A stretch of 64,000 nucleotides of DNA from Octopus sinensis (taxonomy: Eukaryota): contig NC_042999.1 in NCBI RefSeq assembly GCF_006345805.1, positions 131,192,001 to 131,256,000 of the forward strand, given 5' to 3'. The notes below the pieces were generated by a model that did no database searches, was not told the origin of the DNA, and saw only the letters and a program-made list of their open reading frames with translations. The translations under genes were made by a program, and so were the position numbers. Every line of letters starts with the position of its first letter. The stretch's first letter is position 1. This document shows positions 49,950 through 63,256 of the stretch, in pieces.

Positions 49950-52560
49950 AAATACCGAACCATGACTAAAAACTGCTAAAACATAGCTACCGCAAAAAAA
50001 AAAAAGAGACTCTAGATAAATAGGGTATGAAATAATTGAATCGCAACGAGAAAAACAGGGTATCAGAAAACTGTGAAAGCTGACTAGCTAAATAAAACCC
50101 CTTCAAAACAATCGAATTACACATAAAGAAACAAATGAAAACCTGACACAAACAACCAATTAACAAAAGGAACGTGGGCAACTATAAATAACGTCATAGC
50201 AACATAGCAAAACGCATTAGAAACCAACCAAAGAAAACGATTATCTCAGATAAAATATGGAATCCATTCTTTTGCATATAAAACGAGTACAAATACAGAA
50301 GCAAAAACAGTTCTCACCTGAATCGCAATGCAAGAAAAATAATTTAATATTGAAAATAAATTACCATGCAATTATTATTGTATACTCTCTTCTTTCTCCA
50401 AGAAAGTAGTGCCAAACACTTTGATATTACAGGCAGAAGCACACAAAAGAAAACACAGAACCTACTTTGCTACGCCAGGAGTCTCTGTCTAACATTAACT
50501 TTGATAGGTTCATAAATTTCTTCTTCTTATGCTCAAACAATGAGATGCTTTGAGCCCTCATGAGATGCTTAATTCAGGGGGAAACCGAGACACTAGACAG
50601 GATCTCCGACCTGATAGAGAAGGGCAGAAGGTCTCAATGCTGCAGCTGTGGAAACACTAATCACCTCAAGGTTTCTACCTCTAACAACAACAGAAAATGA
50701 CTGCTGGCCTACACTACCGCCAACATCACAGCATCAACACAAACTGCAACAACAAATACAACAGCATTCAACCGCAGCAATAGTGATTACAACACAAACT
50801 ATAAGACTAGAAGTATCATCTACAGCAACAACAGCAGCACCAGTGGAAGCAATAGTAACATGAAGAACAGAAGAAATACCATCTTCAAGGGCCACCGCAC
50901 TACAGACAACAGAATTCCCGAAACAACAATAGATAAATCAACAACATAACAAAACCACACACCCCAAAACACCCTCGTCTCGGACCACTCAGACATGCTG
51001 TGTGGTGACTGTGACGGAGAGGACCTCAAATGGGAAAAAATGACTAAACGAAAGAAAAGGAAAGGGGATAACAACATGCCCACGGAAAAAACTAGGAGAT
51101 GCGATCAAACAGGGGAGATACTTTTGAGCAACGATGCACCACTCCCACCCCTATAGCACCTATACCAGTACTCTGAATACCATCATTCCTATCACTACTA
51201 TCACAAACATCACCAACATTACGAGCACAAGCACAATCAAATTCACAATTATCTTAACAATCAGAACATCTAGCAACACAGGCAAAAAATTATTAACCAC
51301 ACACAAACAATAACAAAACTAATGAATCATACATCAGCATATAAGTATTACACAAACTCACTAACTACAACAAATAGCATACCAACACACATAAAAATCA
51401 TCAAAATATCACAACGCATATACATTTAAAAATATATATATATCACAACAGAGTAGGAAACTTGAGAGGAAATATTAACAAAAGACTATATGAAGAACTG
51501 AACATCTGTCTCTCCAAAGGAAGATTAGTGGGTCTTTCTCACTTTCCCCATTCTGCTTCACATGACCTTGCTTAGAATAGGTAGTATAAATGTGTATGAT
51601 GGCCTTGAGTTGCCATGGAAGCAGGGCTACCTTCTCAACAACATCAGGTCACTAGATATAGATGTAGTGGTCATCAGCGAGACCAGAATTTCCGAATCAC
51701 GATCCTTCAAATCAACCAGTATTTGGAGGTGGAGTAGTTGTTTTGTTTCGGAATGGCCTGGGTCTTATGACACATACCATCTTCTTGAGCCCAGGAGTTA
51801 AGTTGATGATACTTTAGCAGCGAAGGCCATACCTCCAGACTTGTAATATATTCAGGCTATACTCCAACAGAGACCGGGTGACTAGATTTCGATAAGTATC
51901 TTGAATGTTTCCTGGAAACGACCGACTTCTAAGTGCTAGAAGGAGATTGGAAATATATATTGGATGAACGCTTAGACAGTGTGGGGTTAACTGATGGAAG
52001 AGGGCAGTGCAAAAGTCTCACATATTTGTTCAGACTTTTCCACCTGTCTAAAAAGTATCGACTAAATTTCGAGGATCTGCCAATGTGGACATGGCAAACT
52101 GCAACAAGACATCCAGATTGCATATAGGCAGAATATTTTGTTGGCCAGCAGATGGGAATAGCATAGATTGTCCTCAATTTAAAATTAATGCACGGTACAG
52201 TCGATCCCTAGATAGGCTTCGTAGGAAAGAACCGGTCACTGGAAGCTAAACGCGCTACTCTAGATGCGCCGTACTTACAAAGGCCAGGTAAATGATTTAA
52301 ACGGGCGTTGAAAGAGGCAATCATCGACAACAAATGCTTGTTTGCCCTGAAAAATGCAATTAAAGTAATACCAGTAAGGTTTAGTAAGGTTATAGTGATA
52401 GAGAAAACTAGAATAGAAGTTAGTTTAAAACTTAGGAGATGAACTTAGGAAAGCGTTACAACTGATGAGCTTACAGCCAGATTAGTTCAAAGCGAAGCTT
52501 AAAGACTGCGTTGTTAGGGCTTAGGCGCGCACACTAAGACACGTGGAGATGAAAATCTTT
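49950..52560 (+). mobile_element. Tx1/L1-like LINE, 5' part (ORF1 remnant and APE endonuclease), lacking RT
   Basis: Degenerate knuckle CCSCGNTNHLKVS near 50638; MTLLRIGSINVYDGL...DVVVISETR at 51562; GDWKYILDERLD...WTW near 51940-52100; VVRAxAR near 52510. Confidence 0.7.
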
Positions 52561-53321
52561 CAATATTTAGCATTTAAACTAACTAGCTTATCGAAAATAT
52601 GCAACATTTTATTAAGACAAGGACAAATATATATCCTTGTGGGAAATTAATTCACAAGCTCTTTGATGTGCTACATAATTATGAAGACGTATGGTTGTTT
52701 TACGGCAGACTGAATAGCTGAGTGGATAGGGTAGCGAAGAATAAGCCGAGAGATCGGAAGTTTGTATCCTGTCATCAGCGCTGTGCACAGATACTAAACT
52801 CACAAACCACGCTGTCCAAATCATTGACGATAAATACAGCAGTAGGAACAATTCGCTGCTTTGGGCTGTGACACTACAGGGAAATCAATAAGGTGACGGG
52901 GGTTTAGTTTGCAGTGTAGAATTCAGCTTCCATGAGTCTGAAAATTTGTTGGAAATCATTCCCGTGTAAACCTGTTTTATTCACGACTTGAACACACGTT
53001 TTATCCACGACTTGAACACACGCCCAACTAACATCATTGATGATGATGATGATGATGATGATGATGACTGCTACATTAATAATTGGTTAATAAGACGCAG
53101 TTTACTGTCGTAAAAAGTGAAAGTGAATTGTCTTAAAAAAATTGAAGTAAATTGCGATAGAAACCGGAAGTGGTGACATAGTCTTTTACCGACGTGTACT
53201 TTACTTGAATTATCATTGGTAGTCAAATGACCCTTCTCAAAAAGGGAATTTGCTTGTATTCTCTAAGTGAATTCACAAGAACAACGCCACCGCATCTTGT
53301 CGCTTCTTTCTCTACAGCTCA

Positions 53322-53570
53322 TTAATCACATGTAACTGCGTTGTTTAACATGTGCTGACTTTCAAGCCACCGAGTTGCTGTCTCAATGGTAGGAATAGTA
53401 CATTGTACCTCAGCTGTTACTTCTGAAATGCTTAACACATCACTAGAAAGTGCTAAACATGTAAATGCTTGTGAGCATGGCATAATGAGGGAATTCTTTA
53501 AGTTCTTTTTATAAAATTCTAGGATGACATTCTCGTCGCTTCCGGGCTTCTTTTTTACTTTAGTACACTG
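53322..53570 (-). mobile_element. Probable decayed hAT transposase C-terminal dimerisation region
   Basis: ILEFYKK...SISEVTAEVQCTIPTIETATRWLES loosely fits LxxWK...SxxxERxFSxxxxxxTxxRxxL; phase 0 is incompatible with the flanking host exons. Confidence 0.4.
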
Positions 53571-53764
53571 CATGAAAATATGCTTTTTTTTTTGTTTGTT
53601 TGTTTTTACTTGCCTTTGTGCGATAAAACAAAACTCTTTTAAACATACGCGAGGCTATCACATGTATTGTGGTATTCATTTTTCATTCTGGTATTAGCCA
53701 TCAAACAATTTTATTGAACACAATAATAAATCTCTGAGTGAAATAAGTCTGTTATAAAATATAG

Positions 53765-54165
53765 GTTTCAAATTTTGGCACAAGTTTAGCAATTTCGGGT
53801 GAGCCCATTACATTGAGCCCAGGGCTTAACTGGTACTTATTTTATCGACCCCGAAAGAATGAAAGGTAAAGTCGACCCCGGTGGCATTTGGACTAAGAAC
53901 ATAAAGACGGACAAAATGCTGCTAAGCATTTTGCCCAGTGTACTAACGATTCTTTTCTACTCTAGGCACAAGGTCCGAAATTTGGGGGGAGGGGGCCAGT
54001 CGATTAGATCAACCCAGTACGCAACTTGTACTTAATTTATCGACCCCGAAAGGATGAAAGGCAAAGTCGACCTCGGCGGAATTTGAACTCAGAACGTAAC
54101 GGCAGACGAAATACGGCTATGCATTTCACCCGGCGTGCTAACGTTTCTGCCAGCTCGCCGCCTTA
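53765..54165 (-). mobile_element. Two adjacent SINE family B copies
   Basis: Two successive TTTTATCGACCCCGAAAG...AAAGTCGACC...GAACATAAAGACGG/GAACGTAACGG units. Confidence 0.85.
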
Positions 54166-54351
54166 TTCTGTTATGGAATATTGGTACTTACTGTTAGGAC
54201 TGTTTTATGTAACACAAAAATAGTTATCTTTTCATACCCAAACCTCTCTTTATTGGTGACATAATAGATCTTTAGCACATCAAGCGTTTCTCACAGTCAA
54301 TAAAGAAAGTAAAATAAAATGCTAAGGTGCAAAAACAAATGAACATCTCAC

Positions 54352-54453
54352 CTGAACCATAACAGGAACGCTTGTTGGTCCAATAGAGAGTACTGAATGA
54401 ATGAATTTGAATTTTTTTTACGTTTCCTGTTTTTTGAACTTGAGTTGTGTGAC
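54352..54453 (-). CDS. Exon of unassigned gene: SHNSSSKNRKRKKNSNSFIQYSLLDQQAFLLWF(S)
   Basis: gtgtctatgtcag|G...CAG|gtgaga; 102 nt, phase 2 to 2; basic cluster RKRKK resembles an NLS. Confidence 0.68.
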
Positions 54454-54708
54454 CTGACATAGACACAATATTAAAAGGTTTGATGTCAAACAAAATAATT
54501 TCTGATCTGATAACAACAATAATAATAAAAAGAAAAAAATGATTTGTTCAGACAAGGAACATTATCAATCTCTAAAAGGGAGCGGGCATAATCAACTGAA
54601 TCGAGCGGGTATAATCAACTGAATATTATTGACAATTCTGTTTTTGTGGACCAGATTTGCCAACTCCCTGAAAATATTTTTGAACTTAATAATGAGGGAC
54701 TTAATCAC

Positions 54709-55052
54709 CAGTGGCTCTCAACCGGGATCCATATGATCTCTGAGCGTCCATATATTTTTTGGGGTGCACACAACAAAGTAGTAAATTGGGAATCCACAAT
54801 AGTATCTTAAGGGCCCCTGAAAAAAATGTTGCTTTAGATGTATGTATTATTATTTATTACAAGGAACAGTGAGGTTTCTTTCTCTAACATGTTACACAGA
54901 TCAAACTACGCAAGTGAATGTGAAAAACAAATTATGAATTTTGAAAGAGTTTCGATTAATTTTTAAACATCGAATGGCTATGAGCGTCCACCAGAATAAA
55001 ATAGTAATCAAAGGGGTCTCAAAAATAAAAAAAAAATGTTTGAGAAACCCTG
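54709..55052 (-). mobile_element. hAT/Charlie-type MITE, complete
   Basis: TIR-like ends CAGTGGCTCTCAA / TTGAGAAACCCTG; body shared with the 11875 copy; no TSD visible. Confidence 0.78.
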
Positions 55053-55169
55053 GTTTTGACGAAAAACGATATTTCTATGTTAGTTTGTAAAAGGAGGCTC
55101 CTTCACTGAGCCATGTTCCTGTGACATTCAAAATTAGTAGGGTCCATCCCCTTTCCAGGTCTGACCACA

Positions 55170-56740
55170 GCGTTGGACTAATACTTTATTTATCGACTCT
55201 GAAAGAATGAAGGAAAAGTTGACTTCCGTGAGATTTGAACACAGCTAACAAAGAACCGGAAAGAACGCCACAAAATATTTTATCTAATGCTCTAACGATT
55301 CCATCAACTCCCAGCTCAGTGATTTGCATTGTTTCCACGATATTGCTAGTAATTATTTAATTATTTTACAGATTCGGGAAAGACAACAGTGACGGGATTT
55401 AAGCACAGTATGCAGAAGGACGAAAACAAATGCTTGAATACATATTATTAGCGCTCCAACATTTCTGCGAAGTTGCTGTAGTTCATAAACGGATAGTTGT
55501 CTCTAGTATAGGTACAAAACCTCAGATTTAGAGGGAAGAGTTATAGCTGATTTTATAAACTTTGGTACTTGAATGATACATATTTTATCGAATCCATAAG
55601 CATGAAACGTGAAGTTGACTCGAGCGGAATTTGAATCAGAACACAGAAAGGCGTTGCTAAATATCGTATGGCATTTTGGCCGCTATTCTACATACTCTGT
55701 CATAAATGAGAATAAATAATAATATTGATTTCTAACATGTTAAAGCGGGGGGGATAATCAATAGATTGTCTCGATATACAACTGATACTTATTTTATAGG
55801 CCTCAGAAGAACAAAAGGTCGAGTCGACCTCGTAGCATTTGATCTCAGACGTCAAGATACGCAACTAAAAACCACAAAGCATTTGGTCCGTCACTCTAAC
55901 GATTCTGTTAATAAAATACTTTTTTAAAAGTATAATTGCCTCAGGCCATTAGAGCGGTGTCCAAACCCTACTTTTTATTTTGTTCACACAGTGTTTAAAA
56001 GAACCAAATGGGATATATATATTTCTTCGAAAGGCAGTAGATTAAATCTTCTCCGGAAGGGTACCATGCAAAGTTGATCTCAGTCTGATTTGACTTCAGA
56101 GTAAAGGTCATTAAATATTGATTCAAATTTTGGCACAAGGCCAGCAATTTCGGGGAAAGGGTAAGTTGATTACATCGATCTCAGTGCTGAACTGGCACTT
56201 ATTTTACCGACCCCGAAAGGACGAAAGGGTAAGGAGACCCCATCGGAGTTTGAACTCAGAACGTAAGGACGGACGAAATGCCGCTGAACATTTTGCCTGG
56301 CGCGTTAACGTTTCTGCTGGTTCGCTGCCTAAAGATCATTGAATATTAGTTTCAAATTTTAGGCACTTATTATATCGACCCTTAAAGAATAAAAAGAAAA
56401 GTAGAAGCCGGCGGAATTTGAACTCAGGACATATAGATGGATAAAATGACGTTAAATATTTTGCCCAACGGATTAACGATTCTATTAGCTCGCCGCCTAA
56501 GTCGTTAAATATTGCAAGGCCTTTTATTTGATGTACTACAGACAAGCTGCAGTAAAATACTTTTAACAGGTTCAAATATATCTAAAAACATAAACTGGTC
56601 TTGAATTTGTTTCCTTGCTGTACTGCTTCGAGCAGATTTTTAGTAATGTTCTTCAGATATTTTGAATATTTGTAGATAGAGTAAAAAATTACGTTGGGCA
56701 TTTTTGCCTGGCGCGTTAACGTTTCTGCTGGCTCGCTGGG
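55170..56740 (-). mobile_element. Cluster of six SINE family B copies/fragments of different ages
   Basis: Copies near 55170, 55505, 55735, 56120, 56348 and 56695, all with the GATTTGA(A)CTCAGAAC core on the same strand. Confidence 0.78.
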
Positions 56741-56922
56741 TTATTAGGATTTTCCCAGGGTCAATGTTACATTTAAAAAGTTAGTATCTATGTTGATCTA
56801 GTTGGTTTGAAGAAGAGGTGTGGGTGTTTTCAGTGTCTGTTGTGGGTAAAGAACAGTAGAATGCTATCCATATATAAACCACCAACAATATGAGGAAACT
56901 GATATAATTTTGACAATATATG

Positions 56923-57199
56923 CAGGGCCGGCGCTTGGAAATGCGGAGCCCAATTAGAGAATTGTCAGTGGGGCCCTCTACAAAGCTAAAGATCGATGTT
57001 TTATGTTTCGTTTTGTACGCCAGCCCCAGTCAAAAAGCGTTGAGGGCTTGAGGTTCCATCATTAGCCACAATAATATACAAAAAATTTAAAGCTTAATTG
57101 AAAGTTTTAACGTTTCATTACAAGTCGAGTATGTGCATGGGGCCCTTTCTTGGTGCGGAGCCCAATTTGAACAAATCTGTCTAGTTGGCTTAAAACCGG

Positions 57200-57204
<5 letters not shown>
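56923..57204. mobile_element. GC-rich hAT-like MITE
   Basis: Ends CAGGGCCGG / CCGGCCCTA; internal repeat GCGGAGCCCAATT twice. Confidence 0.7.
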
Positions 57205-57261
<57 letters not shown>

Positions 57262-57324
57262 TCGCAGTCATTTGATCCCATACTAGTACCAAAAAGAACG
57301 CTATACTGTTTTTTGCTTTTTTTT

Positions 57325-57450
57325 TCATCGAGATAGGAAGGGTATCCAGCCGTAGAAACCATACCAAATCAAACAAGAGTGTGGCGTGGTGCATATCCTT
57401 AGCTCTGGTCAAACCGTCCAACCCATACCAGCATGGACAACGGACATTAA

Positions 57451-57483
<33 letters not shown>

Positions 57484-57500
57484 ATGATGATGATGATGGA
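57325..57500 (+). mobile_element. RTE 3' end with (GAT)n(GGT)n tail
   Basis: AGGAAGGGTATCCAGCCGTAGAAACC...CCGTCCAACCCATACCAGCATGG...TTAAATGATGATG. Confidence 0.8.
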
Positions 57501-58219
57501 CTTGACATGATTAACTATGATTTTCTGTGCTTGTAGGATAATATCTGTTTCAGAATTCTTTAATTTTGTTATTAATTCAGTAAAAGTGAGGACATTAATA
57601 AACAGTCATTTGAAGACAGATGGGTTATTGTCCTTGATATAATGTTAAGAATTTAACATCAGTTTTATTCGAAACCAATCTACGACGGCTTAGATGTTAT
57701 TTCATTGAGACAGAGGCAGGATATTCTCAGATTTGTGTATAACTTTATGAAGTATATGTATACTTGTGACTTTTATGTCAGTTTTGATGGGCTAATCTAA
57801 AGTTTCTTTCTGTTTACAGTTAATGTCATGGTCTTTAAAGGTGAAGTATGGGTATTGCTATGTGAATTGTTCTATTCTATCGATGACTTCAAAGTCGGAA
57901 GTACTCTTTCCTTCCATCTTTTCTTTTTGAAGGTGGGAGTGGGCATGGCTGTGTATGTTAATATCATGTACAATGTTCAAATTGTATTTCCTCTAAATGT
58001 TGGTTTTAGAATTAGACAAGAATCTGCGTTGTCGATTTCATAGACATATTTTTCTTATCCAGTTGTAGTAAGATTTTATGGGAATTTTTAACAGTTTATA
58101 ATTTGACTTTAAAACATCGTCTGAAAGCTATTTTTATGTTTTCTAAATTTGATAGGATTTAATAGTGAAAAGATTCTCCACGAAAAGATGGGGGAGCATA
58201 TTTCTATCTCCCTCCACCC

Positions 58220-58490
58220 CCCCTCTCTCTCCCTTTCGCTCTCTCACTCACGCACACATATACAGACACTAATGTATGAGTACATATGTACACGTACACA
58301 TGTATAAATACATACATATATATGCGCGCGTGTGTGTATCGCCATATTTCATTCTATAATGGCTACCTCTGAAGAGCGCAGGGCTACATAATCGAACTGT
58401 TACCTAATACTCCGTTGAACCCCTAATGCGAAACCGATTAGTAAGATCGGCCGTAATAGATATACAATATTGTACACTTCGATTAATACA
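58220..58490 (+). repeat. About 270-bp segment duplicated at 61440-61730
   Basis: Shared core TATTTCATTCTATAATGGCTACCTCTGAAGAGCGCAGGG...AATCGAACTGTTACCTAATACT...TTAGTAAGATCGGCCGTAATAGAT. Confidence 0.88.
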
Positions 58491-58760
58491 TAAATACAAC
58501 GTGATTTATTCAAATTAGAACGAGTGAGGCTTTAGATAATAAAAAAAAAAAAACATGACACGTACAAGAATATTATTAAGACTGTTCGTGAAATCAAAAT
58601 GGTCCAAAATTAAAGAACTCGATACTAGTTTGAGAGCAAATTTAATTATTGATATCAGTATTGATATCAATAGAGTGTACGATTGCTTTCAATCTACTGG
58701 AGCTTCTCAAGCCATTAAAAAGTTCAATTGGTGATATATATGGAAGAGCAGCCAGCAGTC

Positions 58761-58884
<124 letters not shown>

Positions 58885-58885
58885 G

Positions 58886-59245
58886 GGGTGGCTGTGTGGT
58901 AAAAAGTTTGCTTCCCAACCACATGGTTCCAGGTTCAGTCCCACTGCGTGGTACCTTGAACTAGTGTCTTCTAATATAACCTCAGGCCGATCAAAGCCTT
59001 GTGAGTGGATTTGGTAGACAGAAACTGAAAGAAGCCCGTCGTATGTATATGTGTGTGTGTTTGTGTCCCACCATCGCTTGACACCGATGTTGGTGTGTTT
59101 ATGTCCCCGTAACTAGCGGTTTGGCAAAAGAGACCGACAGAATAAGTACTAGGCTTACAAAGAATAAGTCCTGGGGTCGATTAGTTCGACTAAAGGCAGT
59201 GCTCCAGCATGGCTACGGTCAAATGACTGAAACAAGTAAAAGAAT

Positions 59246-59250
<5 letters not shown>
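58886..59250 (+). mobile_element. SINE family A, near full-length
   Basis: tRNA-like head with A/B-box-like motifs, central (TG)n, tail GTCAAATGACTGAAACAAGTAAAAGAATAAAA. Confidence 0.88.
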
Positions 59251-59286
<36 letters not shown>

Positions 59287-59515
59287 TAGATAGATACATA
59301 GATAGATAGATAGATAAATAGAGAGAGAGAGAGAGAGAGGGGGGGAAAGAGAGAGAGAGAGGCCAAAGTGTATGTACGCTGCCATATGTATATAAAAAGG
59401 AATGCAAAAAATGGGACAAGAATGCAAAACATCCAGACAGATTATACAAAAAAGGGGATGAAAAACAAGGACAAGTCATTCGGAATTTTCTTTCCTCATT
59501 CGAGTTCCAGATTAC

Positions 59516-59598
59516 CTTTGCAATTTCGGCTGGTTATACTCGAGATTGCTCCAATCTGGCCAGACCCAAGGAAAAACTAAGCTAAGAGCATTAGATTC
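59516..59598 (-). CDS. Exon of unassigned gene: ESNALSLVFPWVWPDWSNLEYNQPKLQ(R)
   Basis: Long polypyrimidine acceptor ...gctgttttcttccaag|GAA; donor AAG|gtaatc; 83 nt, phase 0 to 2. Confidence 0.68.
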
Positions 59599-60614
59599 CT
59601 TGGAAGAAAACAGCGAATGTATACGAAAACAAGGACGCAAAAAAAAACACGGAGAAATTGTACACAAATACAAATGCAAATAGCAGGACGTTAACAACAG
59701 CTGTCTTTCGACTAAGGACGAATTTAATTAAGCTGGCGTGCGTGGAAGTGAAGCCTTACGGCAGGGACATAAGAGATGACAGGCATGGGGAGGAATATAG
59801 ATGTTGCACGGATGAGAGACGAACCAAGAAAGGTCAGATTTGGCCAAACACCGGTGACGTGGAGAGAGGAGAGAGCTGGAGGCAGAGGGATAGAAGAATA
59901 GGGAGGGACGAGAAAAAAAGAAAAGGGACAGAGTGAAGTGAAAGAGGAAGGAAGGTGAGAATGAAGAGAAAATCAAGAAATGTGAGAGAGGGAGAAACGA
60001 AAGAAAGAAGAGTGGAAAGAACGCATTTCCTGGCTTTCCCTTCCTTTTTGCCTTCCCTCCTCTTTCACTTCACTCTGTCCCTTTTCTTGGGTAAGTGGTT
60101 CTAACTACATCACCGTGCCGACCAATACTTTGTGAATGGATTTGAAAGGCAGATGTTGTGCAGAAGCTTGTAAAAGAATGCGGAAACGGTTGGAAAAATA
60201 TATGTATGTACATACATGCATTTTTTTCAACCACCTTTTTGTATTCTTTCTTTTATTCTATTTTATTTTATTTTTCTGATGAAGAACTAGCATCCGAATG
60301 TCATCAGAAGATGAAATGCCAAGTCGGACTCGGTGAGATTTGAACTTAAAATGAAGAAGCAGTAACGTAGCTGGGTGGGGTCATATGTACCAGCTGGTAT
60401 GGTGAGGATGGCGGCAAACTCGAAGGTTGTCCCGGGCCCCCCGCTCTAGCTATGTCACTGAGCAAATGGGATGTTAGTTAATACTGTAAAGCGTTTTATC
60501 TAATTCTCTAAAACTTCCGTCATCGACTGCCTTCGTCGGACAGAAAAAAAAACAGGAAAAGAAATGTACTGCAACTTTCTGGATCAAGGTTTGTAAAATA
60601 CAAGAAATATTATT

Positions 60615-60768
60615 TTCAATTTCTGGCAGCAATTTCGGGGTAGGGAGCAAGTCGAAGGATGAAAGGTAAAGTAGACTTCGGTAGAATTTAAACTCAGGAC
60701 GTAAAAACGACTGAAATGCTTAGAGACATTTCACAGTGCAAACGATTCTGCCAGCTCGCCGCCTTAAA
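60615..60768 (-). mobile_element. SINE family B copy
   Basis: GCAGCAATTTCGGGG...GATGAAAGGTAAAGTAGACTTCGG...GATTCTGCCAGCTCGCCGCCTT. Confidence 0.8.
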
Positions 60769-61356
60769 TAGAAGGAATATCAAAAATCATTGTTAAAAAA
60801 CGTAAAGATAGAAAAAGTGATGAAGAAAAAAAAAGAAAGAAAAACGGAACGGTTTATAATTTGAATATATGATGCCATGTAGTTGCTCTAAACTTTCAAA
60901 AGTAAATAGAAAAAAAAACGTTAAAAGCTCAGAACTGTCTCAAGTGGAGGCTTAGAACAAGTTAAATGTTCGACAAGAACGCCTTGTGTCCTCCTGATTT
61001 TGTGTGTACTTTTTGTTTGTTTTTTTCAAAGCTGAAAGCTAGTGTTTTCGTTCTTTTGAACACGTTTTCCACTGAATATCAGCGTAAATAAGTTATTTAA
61101 AATAGTGCTGCTTATAACAAACCTGAGTAAATAAATGAAATGCAGTAATTATATTTTATACTACGAACATCGATTGAAGACATGTCAAACATGTCAATAT
61201 ATAAAGATATATGATTCGTGGAAAATAATATTTATGAAAAATTCTTCAATTTGATTTAAAGTTGATTCTACTATAGGAATATCAGCCCAAGAAGACTTTC
61301 AAAATAAGTACGATCATTTCTCTATTGTTAAAAGAAAAGAATGAGCTTAAGCTTAC

Positions 61357-61392
61357 AAGGAAGAATGGATCAGACATGACTTCAATTTCTTG
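61357..61392 (-). CDS. Candidate 36-nt exon of unassigned gene: QEIEVMSDPFFL
   Basis: gattgtgtctccag|CAA...CTT|gtaagc; phase 0 to 0, compatible with both neighbours. Confidence 0.5.
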
Positions 61393-61439
61393 CTGGAGAC
61401 ACAATCATCAAATGAATGGTATATCAACAAGCATATGTT

Positions 61440-61730
61440 CTCTCTCTTTCCCTCTCTAACTCACGTACACATATGCAGACACTAATGTATGAGTACATAT
61501 GTACACGTACACATGTATAAAGACATACATACATATATGTGTGCTTGTATGTGTGTTTGTGTGTGTGTGTGTCGCTATATTTCATTCTATAATGGCTACC
61601 TCTGAAGAGCGCAGGGTTACTTAATCGAACTGTTACCTAATACTTTGTTGAACCCCTTGTACGAAACCTATTAGTAAGATCGGCCGTAATAGATGTATAA
61701 TATTGTATGTACACTTCGATTAATACATAC
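61440..61730 (+). repeat. Second copy of the 58220-58490 segment
   Basis: Direct sequence comparison, including the microsatellite-like 5' flank. Confidence 0.88.
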
Positions 61731-61738
61731 ATACATAC

Positions 61739-61838
<100 letters not shown>

Positions 61839-61861
61839 ATATGTATGTATGTATGTATATA

Positions 61862-62145
61862 TATATATATGCATATATACATACGTATATGTACATAACC
61901 TACATCTATACTTATATATATAAGCATACGTGGGCAGAGTAGAAATACAGCCAACAACTAATGAAGGGTCGTTCTTTATGGTGTTTGTTTTGTTTTCCAT
62001 TTGTGTCTTTCGTTGTTCGAAAGAATAGTTCATGTTCCATGTACTCGTGCTTCGTATATTTTTGTTGTACACGTTTCATGACGTCCTATGCCCACGTATG
62101 CTTATAGATGTAGTTATGTACATATACGTATGTATATATGCATAT

Positions 62146-62150
<5 letters not shown>
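61862..62150. repeat. Fold-back element family 3 embedded in (TA)n
   Basis: TATAAGCATACGTGGGCA / TGCCCACGTATGCTTATA are exact 18-bp inverted repeats; arms extend about 65 bp around a 150-bp spacer. Confidence 0.8.
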
Positions 62151-62232
<82 letters not shown>

Positions 62233-62337
62233 CCTGCTCACTTAGCTAGCGGGGTGGCGTCATTTGAAGGCTAAAACAATGCGAAGTGCATTGTGACCAG
62301 CGATGTTTAGTAACATCTGATAGCCTGGTCGGTCACG

Positions 62338-62395
<58 letters not shown>

Positions 62396-62519
62396 GCTTG
62401 CACGAATAGAAACACATATATACACATATACACGCATATGCATATATGAATACACATTTATATATGCTTATATGCGTGCATTCAAGCAAACATACATACA
62501 TATATACATACATATAAAG

Positions 62520-62786
62520 CGAATTAGCTGAATCGTTAGTGTCGGATTGAATGCCTTTTGTTATTTGCTTCCGTTCTCTGCGCTCTCAGTTCAAATCCCA
62601 TCGTCGTCGACTTTGCGTTTCACCTTTCAGAGACAATAAATGAACAGCTAGTCAGATACTGGAGCCGATTTCGGATTAAGGTCGTGGAGAACCACTGAGA
62701 TCATCTTTTTCTCTAGTAATTACGAAGTCTTGAGCCAGACTCTTAGCAACCTCTTCTCGCAGAACCATCAAGGAGAGGGCAATATG

Positions 62787-62825
<39 letters not shown>

Positions 62826-62960
62826 TGTGTACGATCCGTTATGTTCTGGGTTCAAATCCTGCCATGGTCGATTTGCTTTTCATCCTTCCGGATTGGTGGA
62901 CGATGAAATAAGAGCAGAGTTTTGGAATAGCGATCATCTAGTGATAGTTCTTCCAAATTA
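62520..62960 (+). mobile_element. Two decayed SINE family B fragments
   Basis: GAATCGTTAG...CAGTTCAAATCCC...GTCGACTTTGCGTTTCA and GGGTTCAAATCCTGCCATGGTCGATTTGCTTTTCATCC. Confidence 0.65.
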
Positions 62961-63256
62961 GATAGGTCACCCTACCTTCAGTATAAGTAATCTTGTGTTT
63001 TATGCAATGGGAATAATGTTTCTGGAAGAATTATGTTCTTTTTGTTTGTTTGTTTTTTGTCCAAAACTTTCAATTTTCTTTTTACGTTTCCCCACCTCCA
63101 CCCCTTAATCTGTGCCCCTTTCCTTCCCCATGATGCAGTGTTTAGTACAAAAACTTCGTTAAAATAAGTACTCAAGTACAAGTGACGATATGATTTACTA
63201 GTTACCAAAATATCAAGATAAATAAATACTAATGATAGTATATGTTAATAATAAGG

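Larger units (their letters stand above)
56520..58190 (-). mobile_element. Highly decayed Penelope-like RT/endonuclease remnants interrupted by SINE, MITE and RTE insertions
   Basis: Minus-strand fragments DVLKSNYKLLKIP (approx. FDVxSLYTNIP), TAMPTPTF (approx. GTAMGTxxAP), YLKNITK. Confidence 0.45.

Noticed and set aside
53160-53172. ETS-type motif ACCGGAAGTG as a promoter
   Set aside because: Single motif adjacent to a probable hAT remnant, with no coding exon that fits downstream on either strand.
53322-53573. 83-aa minus-strand ORF as a host exon
   Set aside because: Phase 0 does not fit the flanking exons; better explained as a decayed hAT-like fragment.
62976-63021. 46-nt minus-strand exon-like segment
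   Set aside because: Ends in phase 1, which does not match the phase-0 acceptor at 61392.
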